From NCBI GenBank assembly GCA_963702095.1, contig OY969706.1:384001-448000 (forward strand): a stretch of DNA of 64,000 bases, in the 5' to 3' direction. The stretch comes from Candidatus Bathyarchaeota archaeon. Lineage in GTDB: Archaea; Thermoproteota; Bathyarchaeia; Bathyarchaeales; Bathycorpusculaceae. Position numbers and translations under genes: made by a program. Positions within the stretch are counted from its first letter, which is position 1. Each line of letters opens with the position of its first letter. The notes beneath the pieces are model-generated. The model made no database searches. It was not told where the DNA came from and saw only the letters and a program-made list of their open reading frames with translations. Positions 9,377 to 18,435 of this stretch are shown one piece after another.

Positions 9377-10243
9377 TTGGATTTAGACATCATTGTCTGC
9401 GCAAAAAATCAAGCTGCCTACCTAAACCAAATCCTAAAGCAAATAACCAAAGAAGTGCCCCATAAAAACCTAATTGTAATCTATGGATCGTCAAAAGACA
9501 CGACGCAGCAGGTGGCAGAAAAGTACACACGACAGGTTTTCTGGGATGAAGACCATGGACTCGGCGCCGCCCGCGCCCTAGGAGTGGCTAAAGCATCTTC
9601 CGAAATTGTGGCGATGGTTGACGCCGACGTTATTTTGGCAGAGGACTGGTATAGAAAACTTATCGGCTGCTTTGACAATCCAGCGGTTGCAGCAGTTATG
9701 GGCACCTGCGTCTACGGCTATGGATGCAAACCCCTTGAAGCATATTGGGAGTACATTCGCCGCACTGAAAAAGTCAATTATGGCTGCCAAAACACAATGT
9801 TCCGGCGGGAAGCCGTACTGGAAGTCGGCAACTTTGACTCATGTATACGGGGCGCCGGCGAAGATTACGATTTGTTTCTACGGCTGTCTGCGGCAGGATA
9901 CGTTTGGCTGTGGGCAAAGCAGGCAAGCGTATATCACCCTATGACTATGCATGAATACCTAAAGCATGTAAGCTGGTGGACACGGGGCAGACCCTATGTG
10001 GATGAAGTTGAGCGGTGGGCAGGCGAAACCTCGGTTTTTCGGGTCTACATGCGCCAGATGCTTCTGATGTTTGAATCACTCAAGAAAGCAGAAAAACTCT
10101 CAGTCAAGGTGCACCCCACATTTCTCGTCTACTGGCCTGCAGTCAGCCTAAACAGCGCCTTAATCGTTCTTAGCGAACTGAAAAAACGAAACCTCCAATA
10201 CCTTAAACAGCCTGCCGCCTGCCAGCAGACCCACCCTGCGTAA
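9377..10243 (+). CDS. Glycosyltransferase family 2
   Basis: GLGAAR, VDADV and GEDYD motifs. Confidence 0.88.
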   Translation: MDLDIIVCAKNQAAYLNQILKQITKEVPHKNLIVIYGSSKDTTQQVAEKYTRQVFWDEDHGLGAARALGVAKASSEIVAMVDADVILAEDWYRKLIGCFDNPAVAAVMGTCVYGYGCKPLEAYWEYIRRTEKVNYGCQNTMFRREAVLEVGNFDSCIRGAGEDYDLFLRLSAAGYVWLWAKQASVYHPMTMHEYLKHVSWWTRGRPYVDEVERWAGETSVFRVYMRQMLLMFESLKKAEKLSVKVHPTFLVYWPAVSLNSALIVLSELKKRNLQYLKQPAACQQTHPA

Positions 10244-10270
10244 ACTCAGCTAACATTGGAAAGATGCCCT

Positions 10271-11449
10271 ATGCGTATCTGTCATGTTTGGCACAATTTT
10301 CAGCCTTGGGCAATGGGTGGCGTCGAACGCTACATATTAACGCTGTCCAATTATCTAGGCAATAGGCACCCTGAAATAGAATTCGCCCTAATCACCGATA
10401 ACACTGAGTACCAGTTTTTTAAGTCGCGTAAACTTCCCAAACATGAACAGTTTGACCGGTTAGGAGTCTACAGGTTTGGTCCAAACCTGCTAAGCGTCAG
10501 CAGAAGCGTATATTATCAACTAAGCCACCGTAACTCCAAAAAACTCATGGAGATGCTGGCTTCAAAACTCTACAAAGAAATGGCGAGCACCCCCCAGATC
10601 GCAGACTCCGATATTTTTCATGTTCATGGCTTGTGGGATTCACAATACCCGACCGTGGGTTTACAGCTTAGTCAACGCTTCAATAAACCTCTCGTTGTCT
10701 CATTGCACGGCGACAGCGTGGGCACCGAGCATCCCCATTCTATGCCACTAGAAAAAAACGCCTTCACATCTCTGCTCACAAAAGCTTCAGCGATCACAAC
10801 ATACTCCCAAACAGTGTTTGCGGCACTAAAAAAAATGGGGTTTACCCACAAAAGCCACTTAATCCCCAATTTCATCGACACCGCCTACTTCAAACGTCCC
10901 TTCTCAGCAGAAAACGCTTCATTAGGCAATAGTGTGGTCATGGTTTGCCGACTTGACCCTTTCAAAGACCCCCTAACAGCGGTGCAGGCATTTGCGTTAG
11001 TAGCCAAAGTGGAACCTCATGCTACTCTACAGATCGTGGGGGACGGACCGTTGTTTGAACCGATGAAGAAGCTTATTTGCGAACTTGGGTTGGAAAACAA
11101 CGTTTTTTTGATGGGGCAGCATGCGGATGTGCGTCCGTTTCTGTGGGGCAACGACATTTTTTTGACTGGCAACGCATTCATCAGTGTCTTGGAAGCGTGG
11201 TCGGCTGGGTTGGCAGTGGTTGCCGCCAAAGGTGAAACCACCGGGAAGCTTATCGCTGACGGCGAAAATGGGCTGCTTGTGCAGCCAAAAAACCCTCGGG
11301 ACCTTGCGTCGGCGTTGCTGCAGGTTATGCGTGACAACTCATGCCGCACAGTATTCGTTAAGAACGGGTTGGAAGCAGCAGGTTTATTTGACGTGGGCTG
11401 TTCGGGGGAACATTTCTCGGAGATTTATAGGTCAATTTCGGCTGCTTAG
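10271..11449 (+). CDS. Glycosyltransferase family 4
   Basis: GGVERY, HVHG, IPNFID, RLDPFKD, VGDGP, LEAWSAG and ENGLLV motifs. Confidence 0.92.
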   Translation: MRICHVWHNFQPWAMGGVERYILTLSNYLGNRHPEIEFALITDNTEYQFFKSRKLPKHEQFDRLGVYRFGPNLLSVSRSVYYQLSHRNSKKLMEMLASKLYKEMASTPQIADSDIFHVHGLWDSQYPTVGLQLSQRFNKPLVVSLHGDSVGTEHPHSMPLEKNAFTSLLTKASAITTYSQTVFAALKKMGFTHKSHLIPNFIDTAYFKRPFSAENASLGNSVVMVCRLDPFKDPLTAVQAFALVAKVEPHATLQIVGDGPLFEPMKKLICELGLENNVFLMGQHADVRPFLWGNDIFLTGNAFISVLEAWSAGLAVVAAKGETTGKLIADGENGLLVQPKNPRDLASALLQVMRDNSCRTVFVKNGLEAAGLFDVGCSGEHFSEIYRSISAA

Positions 11450-11553
11450 CGGCTTTACGTTAGAAAACAAAAGCTTTAAACACTTTCAACCGATAACTAA
11501 TCTAGGTTTCTATTAAGCAACCGTTTTTTAAGCTGTAATATTGAGGTTTTTTA

Positions 11554-14500
11554 ATGAAGCAAAAATACATAGTTTTAGCGTTGTTCTTGGTTTTGTTTGT
11601 AAGCAGCGTTTCAGAAAGTATCACTCTCTTTATTGGCAATTCAGTTTTCGCTCAAGGAGGCACTTCATCCTCTTGGCTAGACCCTGCTTGGAGTAACCGC
11701 CAAGCCATAACAGTAGATAACTCCCATAACGCAAACAGCCTCACAGACTACCAATTACGCTTCAACGTAACCTACGCTGACGCTATGAAAAGCGACTTCT
11801 CGGATTTGCGTTTCACATCAGGCGACGGAGTAACCCTTGTTCCCTTTTGGCTTGAAAGCTATGTGCCCTCTGTTTCCGCTGTCGTCTGGGTAAAAGTTCC
11901 TAACGTCGCAGCTTCAGGCACAACAACCCTCTACATGTACTATGGCAACCCCGCTGCAACCAGCATTAGCAATGGAAAGGGTACCTTTGATTTCTTCGAC
12001 GACTTCGAAAATCCTGCCTCAGGCTGGATGACAAAGCAGTCGATTCCTCACACCACTGCAGATGCAACTGCAGCCGTATACAACGGTAAACTGTACGTTT
12101 TTGGTGGGTACGATAAAACTGCAACCGACATACTTGACATAGTTTATGAGTATAACCCTCAGACGAACACTTGGGCAGAGAAAACCAATATGCCTACTGC
12201 CCGATGGGGTGAAATCGCTGTCCAATACAACGGTAAAATCTATGTTTTCGGCGGACAAACCAACCCAGCTGTTGACCTCCAAACGGGTTCCCCGCAGAAC
12301 ATCAACAAGTACTCCAACAACCCATTAACCGCCATTCCACAGTATGGTGCCTTAGGAAACGTTCACCCAGACGTCGTCTATTTCCCAGAGGGCCAAGACG
12401 GCTACAAATACTGGATGACCTACACCCCCTACACCTATGGTGCGCTCTCCGAAAACCCAAGCATTGTTAGAAGCAACGACGGCTTAACTTGGACAGACGC
12501 TGGCATCACCAACCCTGTTATTCCCCCAGGAACTGCTGGTGCATTCAATGACTTAGAAAACCCTGATCCAGACTTCCTCTATGTTGCAGACTACAATAAG
12601 TGGTTCATGGTTTGGGACGGCGGCAACGCAGCAACCGATAGCAGGAAAATAGCGTTAGTGTATTCAACCGACGGAAAAACTTGGACGCAGTACAATGGCA
12701 TTGCAGTAAACGGCAACATTGATCCAGTGATTCTTTCAGGAGATGACTCAAACGGGCAAGCTTGGGAGAGACTGGGTTCGGTGTCAAAAGTCAGCGTGCC
12801 CACGTTGTACTATGAAAACGGCGTTTTCTACCTGTACTACGCTGAAGAGGCAAGCGGCAACAACCGTGGACAAGTCGGTTTAGCTACCTTCACATGGAAT
12901 GACGCCTCCAACAGCGTCACAAACCTAGTGCGCAACCCCAACAACCCGATAATCAACCTGCCCGAAGATAGCACTTTTAAAAGCGGCATTGGCCACCTCG
13001 ACATCGTCAAGAGCCCTGATGGCAGCCAATACTGGATGTACGGCGTCAGAGAAACCGTGGCTTCCTCAGTTTTTGAACTCGTCCAGCTTTCGTCATCAAC
13101 AAAGACAACATGGAACTATGACGGAGTAGTCCTATCGCCTGGTGCTTTAGGAAGCTGGGATGGACTCTATATTTACCGTTCCGCACCAGTCGTCGACCAA
13201 ACTGGAAAAGTGGTCTTATTCAACAATGCGATGCAACTCTACTACAGTGCTTGGACATCAACCTCTGTTCCCAGCATCGGTTTAGCATCGGTGATCCCAT
13301 ACTACGGGGTCTTAGGAAACCCCTATGCCGGGCAACCCAACGTGTGGGATGAGGCAATCCAAATGACCAAATTCCGCTTCGACGGCGTCACAGGAACATA
13401 CACTGGCTCCATTTCAGTCTATTTATCTTCAGTAGCAAGCGCCTCCAATAACAAGGTAGTAGTGGGAATCTACGATCAAAACCTCCAAAAAATCGCTGAG
13501 AGCACCGAAATAGTCGGTTTAACCACTGGATGGCAAACCTTCAACTTAACAGGCACGTTTTCACTCGTCGCTGACACCGATTACTACCTTGTCTCCCACG
13601 CGCCACAGGGTAACCAAGGAGCATTCATCGATGGAAGTCAACCGCAAAGCAGTTGGAAAACAAGTCCCTACACCGGAACATTGCCCGCCTCGCTTTCGCC
13701 GGTTTCAAGTCAAGAAAACGGCGTCTACGCAATATTCTGTACCTACACCAACCCAGCGATGAACACGGCAGCAAAGATACCGCCCCTGTCTTTGCCTGTA
13801 CCACACACAAACGAAGTTTACGACCCCTCAACCGACACTTGGACAACAAAAAGCGATGTACCAGCAGACATTGCCTACCAAGGTTTAATGGGCGTGTTGT
13901 TTGGAAACCAAATTCACCTCTTCTACAAGAACTACCACTACGTCTATTTCACAGAAAACGACAGCTACGTCAGAAAAGCCGATGTTCCCACCCAGAGGAC
14001 ATGGGGCACCTGCGCTGTTGTAGACAACAAAATCTACGTCATCGGCGGCTACTCATACAGTGAACCAACTGGTGCTTCCAACGTAAACGAAGTCTATGGC
14101 CCAGCGACCGACACTTGGACAACCAATGCACCTCTGCCTGTAAGCCTAATCGGGACAACCCGGGAAAACCCTGTTATCGACGGTAAAATCATCGTTACCC
14201 ACGGGTTAGACGCTTTAGCAGGTAACTTCCATGTGGAAACCTACGTTTACGATCCAGCAACCAACGCGTGGGTTGAAGGGTCTTCTGCAGGTTATCCTCG
14301 TGACGGAGTCGCATGTGGCGTCATCGCAGACAAACTCTATGTGGTCGGTGGCAGAGCAGACATTCCAGGACCCTATGGACTTGACTACAACGAAGTGTAT
14401 GACCCCAGCCTCGACAACAGAGATGGCAGTTTATGGGCTGTCTCCAGTAGCGCAAACGTCTATGCTGACTCATCCGCTAAATACCAGGGCAACTACGGCT

Positions 14501-15243
14501 TATTAATCAACGACAACTATACCAGCAACTCACAGTATGCAGAACACAAAATCAGCTTAGACCAAGCTGTGGTTGACTTAGACTGGGACATAACTAACGA
14601 TTTAGGAATAAGTTCGCTGCAGCCTCAGGGAAGAATCTTGTTTGTTGACCCTTCACTGGCACAATATGGAACACTATACCTGTATAACGATGCGGGTACG
14701 CCGAGTTTCAAATGGTACACAGGCGCATTCACAACGTTGCAATCCGCCAATTGGAACACTTGGTATCATATCTCGATTGTTTTTGCTGGCAGTAGCAGCA
14801 AAGTCATAATCAACGGCGTTACCTATCTGGTAACTGCGGAGTCGGTGACCGGTGACAGAATCCGATTAGACACAAGCAATGCGGAGGTAACCAGAGCCTA
14901 CTTTGACAATGTTAACGTCCACAAATACACTGCTGTAGAACCAACAGTTGCTTTTGGTCTAGCAGAGTCACAATCACCACAGGCGACAACTACACCCACA
15001 GCCACCCCGACATCCAACCCCACCACACATCCACCTACTTCCCCGACAACCCAACCCGCCGACAAGCCAACACCTACAGCCACACCTCCATCGCCGACAC
15101 CAACCCCCACACCCAGCTCATCGGACAACGGAGCAAGCGTACCCATTGAGGTAATCATTGCAGCCTCCGCTTCAGTAGCCGTTGCCGCAATATTTGGCGT
15201 CGCTGCCACAATAATAAGCCGCAGGAAAAAACCGAAGATGTAA
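11554..15243 (+). CDS. Large cell-surface protein: DUF2341 + Kelch repeats + inserted glycosidase-like beta-propeller + ConA-like domain, Pro/Thr linker, C-terminal TM anchor
   Basis: Signal peptide; DFSDLRF, WVKVP, YYGNP and FDDFE (DUF2341); GG...YDP...W Kelch units; PT-rich stalk; TM helix followed by RRKK. Confidence 0.88.
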   Translation: MKQKYIVLALFLVLFVSSVSESITLFIGNSVFAQGGTSSSWLDPAWSNRQAITVDNSHNANSLTDYQLRFNVTYADAMKSDFSDLRFTSGDGVTLVPFWLESYVPSVSAVVWVKVPNVAASGTTTLYMYYGNPAATSISNGKGTFDFFDDFENPASGWMTKQSIPHTTADATAAVYNGKLYVFGGYDKTATDILDIVYEYNPQTNTWAEKTNMPTARWGEIAVQYNGKIYVFGGQTNPAVDLQTGSPQNINKYSNNPLTAIPQYGALGNVHPDVVYFPEGQDGYKYWMTYTPYTYGALSENPSIVRSNDGLTWTDAGITNPVIPPGTAGAFNDLENPDPDFLYVADYNKWFMVWDGGNAATDSRKIALVYSTDGKTWTQYNGIAVNGNIDPVILSGDDSNGQAWERLGSVSKVSVPTLYYENGVFYLYYAEEASGNNRGQVGLATFTWNDASNSVTNLVRNPNNPIINLPEDSTFKSGIGHLDIVKSPDGSQYWMYGVRETVASSVFELVQLSSSTKTTWNYDGVVLSPGALGSWDGLYIYRSAPVVDQTGKVVLFNNAMQLYYSAWTSTSVPSIGLASVIPYYGVLGNPYAGQPNVWDEAIQMTKFRFDGVTGTYTGSISVYLSSVASASNNKVVVGIYDQNLQKIAESTEIVGLTTGWQTFNLTGTFSLVADTDYYLVSHAPQGNQGAFIDGSQPQSSWKTSPYTGTLPASLSPVSSQENGVYAIFCTYTNPAMNTAAKIPPLSLPVPHTNEVYDPSTDTWTTKSDVPADIAYQGLMGVLFGNQIHLFYKNYHYVYFTENDSYVRKADVPTQRTWGTCAVVDNKIYVIGGYSYSEPTGASNVNEVYGPATDTWTTNAPLPVSLIGTTRENPVIDGKIIVTHGLDALAGNFHVETYVYDPATNAWVEGSSAGYPRDGVACGVIADKLYVVGGRADIPGPYGLDYNEVYDPSLDNRDGSLWAVSSSANVYADSSAKYQGNYGLLINDNYTSNSQYAEHKISLDQAVVDLDWDITNDLGISSLQPQGRILFVDPSLAQYGTLYLYNDAGTPSFKWYTGAFTTLQSANWNTWYHISIVFAGSSSKVIINGVTYLVTAESVTGDRIRLDTSNAEVTRAYFDNVNVHKYTAVEPTVAFGLAESQSPQATTTPTATPTSNPTTHPPTSPTTQPADKPTPTATPPSPTPTPTPSSSDNGASVPIEVIIAASASVAVAAIFGVAATIISRRKKPKM

Positions 15244-15304
15244 CCTGCCTTGGGTTGCTACAAAACAGTCGGCGTTAGAAGTGTGTCAACGCCAAGAAAC
15301 TTTT

Positions 15305-15439
15305 TTACTCTTTTTTTCGTAAAACGTGAAGCTTGGCAGTGCTGTCGTAGTCTAATTTGACCCGCCCTGCACCATTAACATAGAAAACCTGCACATGTTT
15401 TCCACAGTGCGAACAAATCAGATGCTCATTTTTGTGCAA
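15305..15439 (-). CDS. Small protein with CxxC (44 aa), below the ORF-track cutoff
   Basis: AGGTGAG RBS, TTG start: MHKNEHLICSHCGKHVQVFYVNGAGRVKLDYDSTAKLHVLRKKE*. Confidence 0.5.
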   Translation of the reverse strand: MHKNEHLICSHCGKHVQVFYVNGAGRVKLDYDSTAKLHVLRKKE

Positions 15440-15563
15440 GGGATGCTCTCACCTATCCATGCATTGACTAGCTGCATGTAAATACTTATGTGGTTGTGTC
15501 CAAGAAGCAAACAACAAAATGCCCCATTCATGCTTTGGCGTTTCCCCAGTTGGGCGCTGGAAA

Positions 15564-16490
15564 CTAATGTTTTCTAACGTACGCTGAAGCCTTCATCGCC
15601 GCCATCGCGCCTTCACCTGCAGCCGTTACCACTTGCATTCCGCCACATGTGCAGTCTCCCGCGGCAAAAACGCCTTCTACGTTGGTTTGCTGGTTTCGGT
15701 TCACGGTTAAGCAGCCGTTGCGGTCGGTTGCTAATCCTGCTTTTTGCACGATAGCGGTGAGGGGTACGCCGCCTAAAGCGATAAAGACACCTTTTACCTC
15801 CAACTCGCCTTTCTTTTGAGTGCCGAAGTCAATTAGTGCTATGGATTTCACGATTTTTTCGCCCTTAATCTCTGTGACTTTACCCATAACTATCTCCACG
15901 TTAGCCTTGGCTTTAAGCCGCTCAAGCAGCATACCCTCCATGTTGAGCGAGTTTTCCTGGCTAACCACCGTTACTTTGCTCGCTAACTCCGCAAGCGTCA
16001 ACGCATCCGCCGCCGCTTCTTCGCCGTTGCCTACCACTGCCACCTCCTTCTTGCGGAAGAATGGGCCGTCACAAATTGCGCAGTAGCTTACGCCGCCGCC
16101 TAAAAACTCGTTTTCGCCGGCTACGAGAAGCTTACGCCTTTGTGTCCCAGTGGCAACTATGAGAACCGGTGCCTCATAGGTTTTCTTGCGTGAAACCACC
16201 CGCTTAGCATCGCCCAGTTCTATGCCCACAACGTTTTCGTCAACTCGGAATTCAGCGCCAAAACCAGCCGCTTGAGCATTCATTTTCTCAACGAGTTCTC
16301 TGCCTTTAATGCCGCCTGGGAAACCGGGGAAATTCTCGATTTTGGGCGCCAACCATGCTCTGCCACCTGCGATGCCTCCCTCTAAAACCACGGTTTTTAA
16401 TCCTAACCAGGCTGCGTAGATGGCGGCGGTTAAACCTGCGGGGCCGGCACCCACTATTATTAGGTCAAATTTCTGGGTTTCATTCAACAA
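15564..16490 (-). CDS. trxB: Thioredoxin-disulfide reductase
   Basis: GAGPAG, ATG, GVSYCAICDG (CxxC) and GVFAAGD motifs. Confidence 0.93.
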   Translation of the reverse strand: MLNETQKFDLIIVGAGPAGLTAAIYAAWLGLKTVVLEGGIAGGRAWLAPKIENFPGFPGGIKGRELVEKMNAQAAGFGAEFRVDENVVGIELGDAKRVVSRKKTYEAPVLIVATGTQRRKLLVAGENEFLGGGVSYCAICDGPFFRKKEVAVVGNGEEAAADALTLAELASKVTVVSQENSLNMEGMLLERLKAKANVEIVMGKVTEIKGEKIVKSIALIDFGTQKKGELEVKGVFIALGGVPLTAIVQKAGLATDRNGCLTVNRNQQTNVEGVFAAGDCTCGGMQVVTAAGEGAMAAMKASAYVRKH

Positions 16491-16562
16491 AAAACCTCCC
16501 GAAAAAGCTATTTCCTAGAGCGGGTGGGGAAACTAAAATGTTTTGGAAAACTGTTTCCGGGT

Positions 16563-16922
16563 TTACTCGATGGGTTCTTCATCAACGTTGAGGAACTGCT
16601 TGATTTGGCTCATGATCTTCTGGAGTTCTTTTTCTGTTAAGGGGGGATCATAGGGTATACGGAGGACATCCCAACCCTGCATTGTAAGGAGGTCGTCGAT
16701 TTCCTCGTCTTTTTCTAGTTGCTTATCTTTTTTGTGCACTGGGTTGCCGTCTAAGTAGACGATTTTACGTTTCTCCATCCAGCAGAAGTCGGGTATGGTG
16801 GATTTTAAAATGATTGGTTGCTGGGTAACCATGCCGCCTGTTAATCCGGAAATGCTAAGTGCCTTGAAGACTTCGATTTCTGCTCGGCTGACTTTAGGGT
16901 GCATCCTCTCTTTGTAACTCAA
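16563..16922 (-). CDS. DUF559/Vsr-like endonuclease-fold protein
   Basis: PDF...VYLDG..VH...D...D..L...GWDVLRI signature. Confidence 0.75.
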   Translation of the reverse strand: MSYKERMHPKVSRAEIEVFKALSISGLTGGMVTQQPIILKSTIPDFCWMEKRKIVYLDGNPVHKKDKQLEKDEEIDDLLTMQGWDVLRIPYDPPLTEKELQKIMSQIKQFLNVDEEPIE

Positions 16923-17018
16923 ATTAGTTCACAAAGTATTGAGGTGCTACTAAGCGCCTAATAAATTCTATACAACAAACCACATAAAGCAGTATGAGAA
17001 TACTGTAACCAAAAGTAA

Positions 17019-17130
17019 GCCTAGCGGATCAGTTACTGTTATCCCGCGACTCGAACCAAAAATAGGTCCCTAATCCTTCCCTTAGGGGCTGAAGCGATTC
17101 GAGCCCAGTTTAACTGCTGACCCGCCAAGC
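17019..17130 (-). ncRNA. Structured non-coding RNA candidate (rod-like hairpin)
   Basis: Nested stems of 14, 10 and 6 bp; five G-U pairs form only on the minus strand. TATA-like TTTATAC near 17185-17191; U-run after the stem. Confidence 0.55.
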
Positions 17131-17275
17131 ATGGGTGTACCTCTTGGATGGCTATTTCTCGCAAGATAACTACTATTTTGACAAGTATAAATGACCTTGT
17201 GACTGTGTCCAGTAGACAACAAACAGGCAAGTGTTATTATCAAAAACTAGAAGTCAAATGGTTGTTTTTGACTTT

Positions 17276-17497
17276 TTAATGCATTATTTGTTGTTCCTCT
17301 TCGAGGAATGCTGGGATAAAGGTGACGCCGTCATCTTTCTGCTGTGCATTGGGCTTGTATCGCTGGGGTTTTTGGGGTTTGCGTTTGGAATCAAAAGCAT
17401 AAATTAACCAACCTATGAAACCGATGAAAACGAGTGCTGGAAGCATAAGCAACACTAAGCCTTTGCTGCGTCTAATTTTTTTTCCGCCGGTCACCAA
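17276..17497 (-). CDS. Small single-TM membrane protein
   Basis: AAGGTG RBS; basic N-terminus followed by one TM helix. Confidence 0.65.
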   Translation of the reverse strand: MVTGGKKIRRSKGLVLLMLPALVFIGFIGWLIYAFDSKRKPQKPQRYKPNAQQKDDGVTFIPAFLEEEQQIMH

Positions 17498-17560
17498 TTT
17501 GCACCTTAACGTATTGTTGATTCGTTTAGAAGATAAGCTTTGATTGTTTAGAATTCATAT

Positions 17561-17901
17561 TCAAAATCTATGTCTGCATGGGGTATGCCATAATTCGGCG
17601 ATGTCTTTCCAAGTCATGTAGTCAGAGCAGCTTGTGTAAGAGGTGACTATGGCAAAGGTGGCGTCGAAGCCAAAGCCTTGCAGTACTGGGAGGGCGTCGA
17701 GTTGGCTTTTCCATCCGTCGTCGAAAACTATGTAAACCACCTTCTCTGGTTGGCTGAAGGCATATTGGGCGAGTAAATTTGGTTGGGTACAGCAGGGGCG
17801 AAAAGCACAGCCATAAACGTGTTATCGTAGTCTACGGCGATAAAACCCCCGACCAGCAGTGTTAATGTTACCGCCAACGCTATTGTTCCTTTGTTCTTCA
17901 G
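17561..17901 (-). pseudogene. Frameshifted and truncated NodB polysaccharide deacetylase
   Basis: Own translation: signal-anchor frame KNKGTIALAVTLTLLVGG..., then shifted frame KVVYIVFDDGWKSQ...ATFAIVT...YMTWKDIAEL, stopping before the HxxxH motif. Confidence 0.75.
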
Positions 17902-18061
17902 TTTCCCCCTCTCCCTTCATGGAGACAAACGTCAACCCATTACTCAAATTTTCTCTTAAACGATGGGTATATTCGGGTAATCTTTTTTTGCAAGAGAGGT
18001 TTGAAGTTTGGAGTTGACAAGGTTTTTATGGATGCAGAGGAAATTAGTGTTGCACCAGCGT

Positions 18062-18139
18062 GGGGCCTTCGGCTAGCTTGGTCTAGGCTTGTAGACTTGG
18101 GCTCTATAGACTCCGGTTCAAATCCGGGAGGCCCCACCA
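18062..18139 (+). tRNA. tRNA-Pro (TGG), intronless, encoded CCA
   Basis: GGGGCCT/AGGCCCC acceptor stem, GTAGA-CT TGG GC-TCTAT anticodon arm, GGTTCAAATCC T arm. Confidence 0.93.
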
Positions 18140-18377
18140 TCAATTCCTTAAAAGAAGCATTTCCTGAGCTTTTCTTGATTAATACATCCTTATCGAAATC
18201 CCTAAGACCCTTAGAACTATCCCTAAGATTGCCCAAGAAACCAGCATTCTGCAATAATGTGAACTCTTCATTTAACGCTTGTACTTTATTTTTAATCTGA
18301 TGTTTTAGATAATAACGATAATTGGCGTTGAATCCATCTGGATTGCGCAAGAATTCAATCTCTTTTTGGCTAAGCAT
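18111..18377 (-). pseudogene. Putative integrase N-terminal fragment int(N)
   Basis: ORF MLSQKEIEFLRNP... runs in frame into the att/tRNA antisense sequence (VGPPGFEP), as expected for SSV-type split integrases. Confidence 0.6.
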
Positions 18378-18435
18378 GATGTTTTGGGCTCCGTTGGTAG
18401 ATACAAGCGCATTTTGGGCTTAAAAAGGCTTGCAT

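Noticed and set aside
14970-15120. Pro/Thr low-complexity repeats (also 26060-26230)
   Set aside because: Ordinary stalk linkers of surface proteins, not DNA repeat elements.
17940-18377. 145-aa ORF as an intact gene
   Set aside because: Its 3' half is antisense tRNA-Pro and flank; better explained as int(N) reading through att.
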